This document shows positions 1-9,872 of a stretch of 64,000 nucleotides of DNA, piece after piece; position 1 is the stretch's first letter; every line of letters begins with the position of its first letter. The position numbers were made by a program, and so were the translations under genes. The notes beneath the pieces are model-generated. The model had not been told where the DNA came from and did no database searches. It saw only the letters and a list, made by a program, of their open reading frames with translations. Source of the DNA: Candidatus Heimdallarchaeota archaeon (lineage in GTDB: Archaea; Asgardarchaeota; Heimdallarchaeia; JABLTI01). The stretch is from positions 24,424-88,423 of the forward strand of contig JAHLVW010000053.1 of NCBI GenBank assembly GCA_019058275.1, in the 5' to 3' direction.

Positions 1-463
1 TATGTGTGCTTAATGTAATAAAACGAGCTTTTCCTTCTTCCTTCAATCGAAGAGCTAAATCAAGAACACCATCAGGCTTTATACATTCCTCATATTGTTT
101 TTCATTCATTACGAAATGAACGAAGAGAATATCAACATAATCTGTATTCATTATCTCGAGATAATTGTTAAAAACTTCTTCACATTTCTTTATGCTTCTG
201 GTTTTCATATATTTTGTACTTTTGTAATAAGACCCAAGATGATGAGTGAGGATTAATTTATCTCTTTTTCCCTCAATTGCTTTACTAATCTTCTGGAGGA
301 ATTCAGGGACATTAAATATAATATCAAAATAATTGACACCATAATCAATTGCTTTAGTAATAACCCCGATAATAGAATCAGGTGATTTCTTATACAACCA
401 TTCAGTTCCTACACTAATTTCACTAATATCCAAATCTGTACGTCCTAGCTTCCGATATCTCAT
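1..463 (-). CDS. Aldo/keto reductase, N-terminal part (C-terminus lies beyond the window start)
   Basis: Not in the ORF track because it runs off the edge. Reverse translation from ATG 463-461 gives MRYRKLGRTDLDISEISVGTEWL...GVNYFDI...DYVDILFVHF. This is the same N-terminal AKR signature as the AKRs at 49.4-53.4 kb. Confidence 0.75.
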   Translation of the reverse strand, partial: MRYRKLGRTDLDISEISVGTEWLYKKSPDSIIGVITKAIDYGVNYFDIIFNVPEFLQKISKAIEGKRDKLILTHHLGSYYKSTKYMKTRSIKKCEEVFNNYLEIMNTDYVDILFVHFVMNEKQYEECIKPDGVLDLALRLKEEGKARFITLSTH

Positions 464-711
464 AATTAATCTCTCTTAAGTGTTAACAATTACACTAGCT
501 ACTATTTAATAATAATGCCCAAACTAATTAGGTGGTTTCAACATAAAGAAGAAGAAAAATCAGCTAAAAAACTTACATTAAGAAGTTTACTAATTTCTTA
601 ATCGTGATACTAAATACTGTCGTTTTTCATCAAATGCTTAATATTTGCTAAAAGGATATTAGCATTTTTTTGTAATGTGTAGGTAACAGTTGTTTGACAT
701 TTCTTTGCTGA

Positions 712-876
712 TTATGGAACTATCTTAACTGCATCAGCTTCCACAAGAACCTGTAAATGACTCTCAATAGTTGATCTATGACGATTCATTTTTCGGGTAA
801 TTTCACCTGGATTACCTATCCCTTGTTGAATGTAATTCAATAGTTCCAATCTTGTTGCAGAAGCAAAACCTTTCAT
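712..876 (-). CDS. Small winged-helix (ArsR-like) HTH protein, about 54 aa, possibly truncated
   Basis: Below the ORF-track cutoff. Reverse translation gives MKGFASATRLELLNYIQQGIGNPGEITRKMNRHRSTIESHLQVLVEADAVKIVP, an ArsR-type recognition-helix pattern. It is short for the family. Confidence 0.3.
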   Translation of the reverse strand: MKGFASATRLELLNYIQQGIGNPGEITRKMNRHRSTIESHLQVLVEADAVKIVP

Positions 877-1020
877 GAGCTTTTCTAGTTTTTTGTAATC
901 AGACTTGTCAGCAACACTCGTTGTTAAGCAATAGTAGTTTGTAGATTAAGAATCAAATAATAATCTTACTATTTTAATTAATTGAGATTAGATTAAATAA
1001 AAAAAAGGAGGAGAAAATAA

Positions 1021-1788
1021 TCACAAGTTTGTTTTTACTCTTTCAACAATCCTTGTTAAAATATCTCCGATCTTATCTTCAATTTTTATGGCAACCAAAT
1101 TATCAAAGGGAGTTTCACCCACATTGATTAGAATAGTTTTTGCACCTTTCTTTCTAGCTAATTCAGGTAGATCTGCGGCAGGGAATACTACTAATGAAGA
1201 TCCTAAGATTAGATAAACATCAGCTAATTCTGAATGTACTCTGGATTTATAATAATCCTCATCTGGCAAAGGATCTCCAAAATTAACTACAGAAGAAATA
1301 ATTCTACCTTCACAATGAGGACAAGTAGGTTGTCCATCTCTAGTGGGATTTGTTCGGTAACCAGCACCCCAATACCGCTTATCCCATTTATCTTCCTCGT
1401 GAGATATTTTCTTATCACAGGATAAGCAAATCATAAGTTTACTATTACCATGTAACTCAGCTATAAGTTCAGGCTTGATGCTTGATATCAAATGCAAACC
1501 ATCAACATTTTGTGAAATAAGGAATTTTAATAATCCTAAATTCTGTAATTCAACAAGAGCCAAATGACCTTTATTTGGTCTAACTTCATCCCAATCCTTC
1601 TTCATTTTAGGAGGAGGTAATCCCTTGTCTCTTCTAGTCCATGCCCCATCAGGACCTCGAAAATCTGGTACACCTGATTCTGTACTTATACCTGCTCTGG
1701 TAAAGGCTACTAGATGTTTTGAGTTTACAATCCAATCTGCAATTTGGTTTATTTTTTCTTCTAAACTTTGTTCAGTTCTATTATCCAT
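1021..1788 (-). CDS. cobB: Sir2-family NAD-dependent protein deacylase
   Basis: 255-aa ORF with the GISTESGVPDFRG NAD-binding motif, the catalytic-His segment ELHGN, and Zn-binding pairs CLSC...CPHC. Confidence 0.9.
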   Translation of the reverse strand: MDNRTEQSLEEKINQIADWIVNSKHLVAFTRAGISTESGVPDFRGPDGAWTRRDKGLPPPKMKKDWDEVRPNKGHLALVELQNLGLLKFLISQNVDGLHLISSIKPELIAELHGNSKLMICLSCDKKISHEEDKWDKRYWGAGYRTNPTRDGQPTCPHCEGRIISSVVNFGDPLPDEDYYKSRVHSELADVYLILGSSLVVFPAADLPELARKKGAKTILINVGETPFDNLVAIKIEDKIGDILTRIVERVKTNL

Positions 1789-1837
1789 AATGTTAAAGTT
1801 CGCACTATTTAACTAATTAAATATTACCAAATTCAAT

Positions 1838-2668
1838 TCATTGACTAATTTCAATTAGAATTTCTTTTAGAACTTTAAATGAAGCTTTGAGATAGATAGT
1901 CTGGTATTTAGGATTAGGAATTTCTATTGTTACCGTTTTTGTATAGTTCATTTCACGAAGTTTTGTGAAGAATTTTGTAAAATTAATAATCCCTGTTCCT
2001 AACGGTAGATGTTTATCAGAACTTTCATTATAACCACCGAGATTGTCATGAATGTGAATATGTTTTATCTTTTTTCTGAAGCTATCTAACATAGAATATA
2101 TTTTATCATCTGCTGTTTTGTGTTTAGAATTATGAAAGAGAATATTGGCATGACCTATATCAAATACAAAATCAAGATCTTTATGTCTTTGAAAAACTGG
2201 TTTCAAATCATTTACAGATTCATCTGTATTTTCCAATAATAACTTCATTTGATATTTTTGAGCAGTATTCAACCATTCAATTATTGCTAAATCTTTACTC
2301 TTATCGATTTTCTTTGAAGACAAATCATCTGGATCTTCACTTCGACCAAAAACACCATGAAATACAAAGGTGTTGGTAATTCCTATTTGACCAATAACAG
2401 CAATTTGCTCGGACATGCGGTCAATATAATTTGTCCAGAGATCATTTTCCAAAATTAAACTAGTGTTTAGATGAGGTAAATGAATTACTGAAAATAAGTC
2501 ATATGAATCCATAATATCCCTGACAGCAATTAATTGCAGTTTGAGTTCCTCAAGATCAGTCCAAAATTCATTGATATAAAATTCTGCAAAATCAAAACCA
2601 ATTCGTTTTATTGCTACTAAATCAGAGATTTGTAACTTTTCAAGAGAAAAGGAAGCACCAAATTGCAT
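1838..2668 (-). CDS. Sugar phosphate isomerase/epimerase (xylose isomerase-like TIM barrel)
   Basis: 276-aa ORF with the pattern LLLENT, FDIGHAN, HIHIHDN...DKHLPLGTG, typical of the AP_endonuc_2/xylose-isomerase-like fold. Confidence 0.75.
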   Translation of the reverse strand: MQFGASFSLEKLQISDLVAIKRIGFDFAEFYINEFWTDLEELKLQLIAVRDIMDSYDLFSVIHLPHLNTSLILENDLWTNYIDRMSEQIAVIGQIGITNTFVFHGVFGRSEDPDDLSSKKIDKSKDLAIIEWLNTAQKYQMKLLLENTDESVNDLKPVFQRHKDLDFVFDIGHANILFHNSKHKTADDKIYSMLDSFRKKIKHIHIHDNLGGYNESSDKHLPLGTGIINFTKFFTKLREMNYTKTVTIEIPNPKYQTIYLKASFKVLKEILIEISQ

Positions 2669-2848
2669 TTTCTAAACTCCAGGATTGTGAATATTAAAGC
2701 TTTAACCTTTAAGTTTCTTTTTAGATATTTTTCTATCAAACCAATTGATTTAAATTTTGAGTAGTAAATTACGCTTAAGGGGAATACTTTATATTATATT
2801 TTTCTTAAGAAATAAAGTGAATTTCAAATAAATATAAAAGGAGAAAAC

Positions 2849-3616
2849 TTGTTGCTTAAACCAAAAATTGGATTTCTTTTTGATGTAGATGGAACATTAA
2901 CCACCTTCAAAAGAAATGACTCAGTTGTTGATTTATTAATAATCAATGATCTTGAGTTAATTCGAAAAAAGAAACATCCTATCGGTTTAGTTACAGGAAG
3001 AGGAGTTGATTGGGTTAGAAATTTCTTTTTTAATCACATAAATGAGACTTTAAGGGAATACATTCTAATTTTCGGTGAGTACGGGTTAGTTAATTGGTAT
3101 AAAGGAAAAAAAATTCGAAAGCAAATTAAGAAAGAAATTAAAGAAAATTTATTTTTAGCAAAGGATGAATTTACCAAAGAAATTTGTGAATATTTAGAAT
3201 TAGAATCATATGTGAGCTATGTAGCACCTGATAAACGATCACTCTGGATTGAACCAAAGGAACTCATGATCACTTATCGTTCTTTACCTTTTTTTGGATT
3301 AATCCCAGAAAGATTTTTGAAAATCATTAATCCAATCCTTGAGAAATATTCAGATACATTGAAAGCTTATGTAAGTGAGCAAGCATTAGACATATTACCT
3401 GTAAAAGAAAGTAAGAAAACTGCTGCTGAGAAAGCAATAAGAATTTTAGATCCAAACAAGGAAATTGAATTATGGTATGCTTTTGGTGATTCAGAATCAG
3501 ATGAAGACATGGCTTTAGCTCGAAATGGTAATGTTAAATTCTTCAAAATCGAAACAAGTATGACAAGTGATTTACATAGAATAATACAAAAAATATTGGC
3601 TGGAGGAACATTCTAA
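2849..3616 (+). CDS. HAD-superfamily (IIB-like) phosphatase
   Basis: FLFDVDGTLT (motif I), GLVTGRG (motif II) and FGDSESDEDM (motif IV). The ORF track gives a TTG start. Confidence 0.8.
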   Translation: MLLKPKIGFLFDVDGTLTTFKRNDSVVDLLIINDLELIRKKKHPIGLVTGRGVDWVRNFFFNHINETLREYILIFGEYGLVNWYKGKKIRKQIKKEIKENLFLAKDEFTKEICEYLELESYVSYVAPDKRSLWIEPKELMITYRSLPFFGLIPERFLKIINPILEKYSDTLKAYVSEQALDILPVKESKKTAAEKAIRILDPNKEIELWYAFGDSESDEDMALARNGNVKFFKIETSMTSDLHRIIQKILAGGTF

Positions 3617-3877
3617 ATATTTATGACAGTAATATTGCGAGTAGTATTCCAGCTAAGATAAATACAGCAATTAAACTTGCTAAAATATAGGTCTTTATTG
3701 ATGTACTCTTAAACCTCTCTTTAGCCATCTTATTAGAAGATTCTTTATCTGCCTATGATGGGTTTAATCCACCTTCTCTTGGATCATATGATATTTTATT
3801 CCTCATATTTACTATAGTGTTTTCTGTATTTATATTATTGAAAATAGCATATATAGAGCATGTAGAAAATGAAAGAA

Positions 3878-4843
3878 TTATAGCATTAGATTTACAATAC
3901 TGAGTACTATAGCTAATATTGAGATTAGAAAAGAGAGAGATGCTATAAAGAAGCTAATGAATCTTTGTTTTTCAGCTATTCGAGCAGCATCAATATTTGC
4001 TTTAACCATTTCTCTAATTATTTCTGCTAAATTCATTAAAATATCATCATCAATAGCTCGCATTCGCTGTCGAGTGATTGACTTTTTCACATTACGCATA
4101 CGACGCATTTGCTCATAAATACCCCCTTGATAGATTGCATTGATTAGAGTTTGTTTAAACTCAAGTGGAATCCATCCATCACTAAAAACCATAACACTCC
4201 TTACACTTAATCGAATGAAGTGTTCTTTGAAGCTAAATAGATTGAACCATTTGCCCCTTTCTGGTAAAGTGTAAGTTAGTGATGTTGTTGGAATTGAGAA
4301 TATAGGGTCTATTGAATTTACTTTAGAAGCTAAATATTCTTCCTTAATCATTTTTGCTCCATTCCCGATAATGATTAAGGGATAGTAAAAGACATCATTT
4401 ATTTCCCAAGGTTTTTCACCAATTCCTTCAGGATCCTCAGCTGATAGCTTAATTCCTTTCAAATCTTCGAATACAAACTTCAAATCTCTTAAAATATCTT
4501 CTCTGTGATATCTTAATTTGAAGAATTCTTCAAGACCAATTGTTAATCGAATTATTAATCTTTGGTTGTAAAATCCTATTAAAGGAGATCGTCTTATATC
4601 GATATAAGATTTATAGTTTGTAATCTCTGCAAGCATGAAAGATTCTTCTACATGGGGCATATCAATTTCTTTTATATCCCCTTTTACAAAGAAATCCTTT
4701 TTTGGCAAATTCTTCTTGAACGCTTCTATAATTTTACGCCAAAGTTCATTTAGCTGTCTCTGAGAAAGATTAGAAATCGGAACACCAAAATCGAATAATG
4801 CTAAAATGTACCAAGCTACGTAATCAGTTTCTTTTTCTTTCAT
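3878..4843 (-). CDS. Hypothetical tail-anchored membrane protein
   Basis: Long 321-aa ORF with a single C-terminal hydrophobic helix (FISFFIASLSFLISILAIVLSIV). I recognise no family motif. Confidence 0.5.
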   Translation of the reverse strand: MKEKETDYVAWYILALFDFGVPISNLSQRQLNELWRKIIEAFKKNLPKKDFFVKGDIKEIDMPHVEESFMLAEITNYKSYIDIRRSPLIGFYNQRLIIRLTIGLEEFFKLRYHREDILRDLKFVFEDLKGIKLSAEDPEGIGEKPWEINDVFYYPLIIIGNGAKMIKEEYLASKVNSIDPIFSIPTTSLTYTLPERGKWFNLFSFKEHFIRLSVRSVMVFSDGWIPLEFKQTLINAIYQGGIYEQMRRMRNVKKSITRQRMRAIDDDILMNLAEIIREMVKANIDAARIAEKQRFISFFIASLSFLISILAIVLSIVNLML

Positions 4844-4917
4844 TTTAACTCGACACCCATGAACTCATTATTTACAGTATTTTATATTACTTTGATATTA
4901 AAAGAAGTTTCATCAGA

Positions 4918-5526
4918 TTATGATAAATTCGCTTCAATTAAAAATAATTTAATTGATTCCCGTCCTTCTTTAACCTCATCTATTTGGGTTAGTTTGTAAT
5001 TAATATTTAGTACTAGCTTTTCTAGTTCTGCTAAATCTGTTTTACTTGAGACTACAATATAACATCTACCATTTCTTTTTAAGATCCTTGGTAATTGTAC
5101 AATGAATTTTTGAGTGGTTTCTAAACCATATTTTCCTCCAGACCAAGCAAGAGCAAGTTTTCCATTTTCATTTAAAGGCAAGTATGGAGTATTAAACAAG
5201 ATAATATCAAAATATGCTTCAAAAATTTTTTTCTCAACAAATGAACTCATAAGGTCGCAATTAACAACTTCTAGATGTAAATTATTCTCCTTACTGTTTT
5301 CTTTAGTTGCCTTAGCTGCAGCAAAATTGATGTCTAAACAAAAGTAATCTGCTTTTGGATATTTCTTCGCCAAATAAAGAGATACATATCCAGATCCTGA
5401 ACCCACTTCCAGCACTTTGTTATGATTGATGATTTCAACATTTTCTGCTAAAAGAAAGGAATCTTCAGCTGGATCATAGACATCTTTAGGGATATCAACT
5501 ATTAATTCATCAATCAATTTTCTCAA
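4918..5526 (-). CDS. HemK/PrmC-Mtq2-like SAM-dependent methyltransferase
   Basis: SAM motif I VLEVGSGSGYVS and an NPPY-like motif IV written FNTPYLP. It lies adjacent to KsgA. Confidence 0.75.
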   Translation of the reverse strand: MRKLIDELIVDIPKDVYDPAEDSFLLAENVEIINHNKVLEVGSGSGYVSLYLAKKYPKADYFCLDINFAAAKATKENSKENNLHLEVVNCDLMSSFVEKKIFEAYFDIILFNTPYLPLNENGKLALAWSGGKYGLETTQKFIVQLPRILKRNGRCYIVVSSKTDLAELEKLVLNINYKLTQIDEVKEGRESIKLFLIEANLS

Positions 5527-5547
5527 TCTTAATCGCCTAGCAAATTT

Positions 5548-6405
5548 TTAGTACAAAAGCAATTTTGGTTTTGTTTCTAGAAATTCAACTAATTCTCTAG
5601 TAACTAGAACTAAATCTTCTATTAATAATTCTCTAACTCGTGTCTTTGCGAATGTTAATTTACTTTCCAGGTCTCTTCTAAAAGTTAGTCGATCTTCTTT
5701 GGGCAATTCTCGTTTAAAATAATCGTAGATAATTGTTGAGACCAATTTATTCTTAGTATTAAAGAGAACTAATGATGTTTTTCTGAAAAATTCTTTAGCA
5801 ACAGGTAATTCTTTGTTTAAAAGTTTAATTTCTACTAATGCACTATCAACTTTTGGTATTGGATAGAAATAACCCTTTGGTACTCTTTCTAAAATGCGTA
5901 CTGTTGCTTGATATTGCAGATTAGCTGATAATCTTGAGTAATCATTTGTTCTAGGTTTCGCAACCATTCTTATGGAAAATTCATGTTGATACATTAAAAC
6001 AGCTAAATCAAAATCATAATCTAATATTTTGAACGTAATTGGCGATGAAATATGATACGGTAGATTTGCGACAATTTTATTAGCCTTTGGCAAATCTATT
6101 TTCAATATATCAGCATGAATAATCTCTATATTTTCATATGATTTGAATTTATTCTCGAGAAATTTAGCTAATTTCCTATCGTACTCTATACACAGTACTT
6201 TTTGAGCTTTTCTTACAAGGAGTTCAGTTAGAACACCTATTCCTCCACCTATTTCAAGAACAGTATCTTCTTGAGTTACATTGGCATAATCTACCTGCCT
6301 TTGTAGTACATCTTTATTGATAAGGAAATTTTGACTTAAGCTCTTTTTAGGGCTTATACCAGCTTGAATTAAAGCATCTCGAGTCTTTATTATCAATTCT
6401 GTCAT
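5548..6405 (-). CDS. rsmA: 16S/18S rRNA (adenine-N6,N6)-dimethyltransferase KsgA/Dim1
   Basis: Motifs KKSLSQNFL, VLEIGGGIGVLT and ANLPYHISSP, with a family-typical length of 285 aa. Confidence 0.9.
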   Translation of the reverse strand: MTELIIKTRDALIQAGISPKKSLSQNFLINKDVLQRQVDYANVTQEDTVLEIGGGIGVLTELLVRKAQKVLCIEYDRKLAKFLENKFKSYENIEIIHADILKIDLPKANKIVANLPYHISSPITFKILDYDFDLAVLMYQHEFSIRMVAKPRTNDYSRLSANLQYQATVRILERVPKGYFYPIPKVDSALVEIKLLNKELPVAKEFFRKTSLVLFNTKNKLVSTIIYDYFKRELPKEDRLTFRRDLESKLTFAKTRVRELLIEDLVLVTRELVEFLETKPKLLLY

Positions 6406-6535
6406 GATTAGGTACCTTTAAGCTATCAACTTAATTAAGTACTATTATTATCGCTTTAATTACCTTATAATAATTAAATATAATTTTTGTTGAAAAAGAA
6501 AGAATGGTAAGTAGTTAATACTTACCTCAAATCAT

Positions 6536-8248
6536 TTACTTTTTAGTCTTAGCAGATATTTTCGCAGCTTCCTCTCTAAGAGGTCTGCGCAATACCTTAC
6601 CCACTGGACTTAATGGTAGTTCGTCTCGATATTCAAAGATTTTTGGAACCTTGTATGGAGCCAAATTTTCTTTGCAAAATGCTTTTAATGTCTTTGCAGA
6701 ATGCTTTGGTGATCCTTCAGGTGCGACCATCACTGCTTTAATTACTTCATTATTTTGTTCATCTGTAAATGGAATTACAGCAGCTAAGGAGATATCAGGA
6801 TGCTTACAGATTGCTGTTTCAACTTCTAAAGGCCAAACTTGAAAACCAGATGTGAAAATGCAGTCTTTCAAACGATCAACAATGGTAAAGAATCCTTGTT
6901 CATTCATTTTTACTACATCACCTGTCTTTAGCCAACCATCAGATGTCAAAACTTTGTCAGTCTCTTCTGGATTATTCCAGTAGCCCTTCATCACTTGTGG
7001 ACCTCTTACTAGGAGCTCCCCTTCTTTAGTCAAATTATCTTCTTTTGAGAATGTTTCTGGAATATCTTCACCTGTTTTTAAATCGATTATTTTTGACTCT
7101 GTGTTTGGTATAGGAACACCAATACAAAATTGTCGCAATTTCTCGTCTATTGGATTGACATGTGTTACTGGAGAAGCTTCAGATAAACCATAACCTTCAA
7201 CTAGAAGTGCTCCAGTTTTACTTTCAAAAAGCTCCATTGTACTTGGGAATAATGCACTTCCACCTGAGATACAGCATCTAATGGATGACCAATCATATTT
7301 GGTAACCTTTGGATGCTCACCTATTTTTTGATATAAAGTTGGGACACCCATAAAGAAGTGAACACCATATTTCTGAACAGTCTTCATAATTTCTTCAAGT
7401 TTTCTTGGATCTGGAATTAAAGCAATACTACCACCAACATACAATGGCCAAATAAATGATGTTGTTAGACCAAAAATATGTGAAAGTGGTAAAGCACCGA
7501 TGTTTGAATCTTGTACACCAGGTGTTTTTCCACCAATCCATTCCATCCAGTAATCAAGAACGATTGCTTGAGAAGAAAGGTTGAAGTGTGTCAACATTGC
7601 ACCTTTTGGTACTCCGGTTGTTCCACCTGTATATTGCAGTGCTGCTAAATCTTCTTTAACATTAATTGTCACTTTTATCTCTTTGTCGGCTCCTTTTTTA
7701 ACTAAGTCTTTGTAGAGCAACTCAGATGCAAGAGGTTTAGGATTTTTTCTAGCAATAACATTCTTGTACAAAAATCCTTTCAAAGGTGAAAGTCCATCGG
7801 CTACAGAAGAAACAATGACATGTTTCAAATCGGTTTCTTCTCGTATTTCTCTTATTTTTTCTACAAATAGATCTAGTGTTACAATCGCAACTGAGCCACT
7901 ATCTTTTAGTTGAAATTGTATCTCTTTTTTGGTATAGAGTGAACTAATAGAAGTAACAATTCCACCTAAGTAAAGAATTGCTAAATAGCTAATAACAAAT
8001 TGTGGACAATTAGGCAAAAGTAAGGCAACTCTATCACCTTTTTTAATGCCCAATTCAGTAAAGGAATTAGCTAGTTTTCTAACTTCACTTGCTGCTTCAC
8101 TATAACTCTTTGTTGCACCTTCAAAAAAGATAAAAGGTAATTCACTAGCTTTTTCTGCAGACTCAAAAAATAATTTTACAATATCCTCATTAGGGATATC
8201 CATTTCAGTGGGTATTTTTGGATGATAAACAGATTTCCAACGAGCCAT
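6536..8248 (-). CDS. AMP-dependent acyl-CoA synthetase (long-chain fatty-acid-CoA ligase-like)
   Basis: AMP-binding motif LQYTGGTTGVPKGAMLTH, plus EGYGLSEASP, WLKTGD and a C-terminal PLSPVGKVLRR. Confidence 0.9.
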   Translation of the reverse strand: MARWKSVYHPKIPTEMDIPNEDIVKLFFESAEKASELPFIFFEGATKSYSEAASEVRKLANSFTELGIKKGDRVALLLPNCPQFVISYLAILYLGGIVTSISSLYTKKEIQFQLKDSGSVAIVTLDLFVEKIREIREETDLKHVIVSSVADGLSPLKGFLYKNVIARKNPKPLASELLYKDLVKKGADKEIKVTINVKEDLAALQYTGGTTGVPKGAMLTHFNLSSQAIVLDYWMEWIGGKTPGVQDSNIGALPLSHIFGLTTSFIWPLYVGGSIALIPDPRKLEEIMKTVQKYGVHFFMGVPTLYQKIGEHPKVTKYDWSSIRCCISGGSALFPSTMELFESKTGALLVEGYGLSEASPVTHVNPIDEKLRQFCIGVPIPNTESKIIDLKTGEDIPETFSKEDNLTKEGELLVRGPQVMKGYWNNPEETDKVLTSDGWLKTGDVVKMNEQGFFTIVDRLKDCIFTSGFQVWPLEVETAICKHPDISLAAVIPFTDEQNNEVIKAVMVAPEGSPKHSAKTLKAFCKENLAPYKVPKIFEYRDELPLSPVGKVLRRPLREEAAKISAKTKK

Positions 8249-8608
8249 AAGTTACTACTCCTGTTTTTTTTATCCAATAACTAAGTAATAGTTAGTCATT
8301 GCTATATAAGTTACCATTTCTTTTAATTTAGACATTTTTAAACATTCTTATTTTCAGTCATAAAATCTGACTTTTCTTATTCTTTACACAAAAAATTGAT
8401 TTTCATTCCTTTTTAATCAGTTTCTGCCAAGAATCTGCTTTTATTTGTATTAGTTTATGCCTTATTAAGAAAGTAATGTTTGGTAACGTTCTATTCAGAG
8501 GAAAGTAAAGAGCTCATTTTATCCATATTAGGAAATCAAATTACCGCATTAGGAAAACCTTTAAATAGATTAATTAAAAAACAACAATGTATAGGACGGT
8601 AAATCAAA

Positions 8609-9778
8609 ATGAAACTAATGTATAAGTTGATTACCATAGGGATTGTCGCGCTAGTTGTAGGAATTGGCGGTGGCATTGGGATAGGATTCTTCATAGGAAA
8701 TAATACCGGAGCTGACATAGATGTTAGATATGGAGGTCAGTATTATCCAGGAGAATTCGTACTTAAAGGCATTTCAGAATATTGGACCAAATATGGAATA
8801 AATGTTGATCACAGAATTTTCGCTTCAGGCGGAGAAAACAACAATGCTATGATCGCAGGAGAACTTGATGTTAACTGTGGTTCTGATAGTAAAACTGTTG
8901 GCTTATTCGGTTCAATTGATAATGCGTTAATTATTGGAACAATTCAAAGAGGAGATCGTTATTCTACAATCATTCCAACTGCTTCAGCATACACTTCATG
9001 GTATGATTTAGTTGGATTACAGGTTGGAATTAAATGGGGAACCGGTGCAGAACAAGTTTGTGCAAGATACTTCGATACCGTTTCAGATCTCGATTTTGAT
9101 AATTTCACTTGGATACCATTAGAAGTTACTCAGATGGTTGCTTCCTTAGAAGCAGATGATATTCAAGCATTCACTGCTTGGGAACACACACCATCTGTAG
9201 CTGTTGATCAAGGTGTTGGTAAAGTGATGATGAATTATGGTGCTTATGCTATGACACCAGCTTCACTACACACAACAACTGATTTTGCTTATGCAAACCC
9301 ACAATCAATTATTGCTTTCTTAGCAGGTCATCTTGACAAATTTGATCTAATAACAGAAGACAAAAATGGTGCTGCCAATGTTGCATCTGACGCTGCAGAA
9401 GAAATTGGTGTTGCCATCTCTGCTGGTGCATTTGAATTGATATTTGACAAGATTAATTTCCAAATTGATTTCAATGAAACAGTCATAGATGCTATAGAAG
9501 ACACTGCAAACTTCCTCTTATCCAAAGAGAAAATCTCTGAAGTACCAGACTTAGTTTGGGATGCTCGATTCATTGATGCAGCAAAAGAATTGCAAGAAGA
9601 CTTTGGAATACCAGCAACCGGAACCTCAGTTGATTCATATGGACAAGCTTTAATCAAAGTAACTGAGAAATACTTCGGATTAATGTCTGATAAAACAATA
9701 TTAATGGGCTTCTTTGCATGCACATTTGGTATCGGTGCAATAATAACAAGAACAACATTAAGAAAAAGAAAAGAATAA
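8609..9778 (+). CDS. ABC transporter substrate-binding protein (NMT1/THI5-like, NitT/TauT type) with N- and C-terminal TM segments
   Basis: It precedes two NitT/TauT-type permeases and an ATPase. N-terminal helix LITIGIVALVVGIGGGIGIGFFIG, C-terminal helix ILMGFFACTFGIGAIIT followed by RKRKE. The family call rests on context and general similarity. Confidence 0.65.
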   Translation: MKLMYKLITIGIVALVVGIGGGIGIGFFIGNNTGADIDVRYGGQYYPGEFVLKGISEYWTKYGINVDHRIFASGGENNNAMIAGELDVNCGSDSKTVGLFGSIDNALIIGTIQRGDRYSTIIPTASAYTSWYDLVGLQVGIKWGTGAEQVCARYFDTVSDLDFDNFTWIPLEVTQMVASLEADDIQAFTAWEHTPSVAVDQGVGKVMMNYGAYAMTPASLHTTTDFAYANPQSIIAFLAGHLDKFDLITEDKNGAANVASDAAEEIGVAISAGAFELIFDKINFQIDFNETVIDAIEDTANFLLSKEKISEVPDLVWDARFIDAAKELQEDFGIPATGTSVDSYGQALIKVTEKYFGLMSDKTILMGFFACTFGIGAIITRTTLRKRKE

Positions 9779-9872
9779 AGCTTCGAGCTTTTTCTTTTTC
9801 ATTTTTTAATGCAATTCTTAAGAAGTATAATTTCGATACAATTTTATTCCTTCCTAAAGGTGCTAGATTGAA

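Noticed and set aside
633-671. Imperfect hairpin AATGCTTAATAT-N11-ATATTAGCATT followed by T7 (terminator-like on the plus strand)
   Set aside because: No supported plus-strand gene lies upstream, only a 28-codon ORF. One bulge in an all-AT stem is weak evidence in AT-rich DNA.
1234-1425. Numerous 60-130-aa ORFs antisense to or overlapping long genes in the ORF track. Examples: 1234-1425, 5114-5347, 9328-9723, 10412-10693, 14727-15062, 36041-36301, 40148-40435, 40359-40691, 51176-51532, 57644-57841, 58369-58587
   Set aside because: They are shadow ORFs inside well-supported genes. Their composition is low-complexity and they have no motifs or SD sites. 58369-58587 and part of 43248-43781 are out-of-frame readings of the SBP pseudogenes.
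3621-3806. Small minus-strand ORF MAKERFKSTSIKTYILASLIAVFILAGILLAILLS (3621-3728), with an upstream in-frame extension across a TAG (3753-3755)
   Set aside because: It is too short, has no homology support and has no clear SD. The TAG-bridged extension is probably coincidental.
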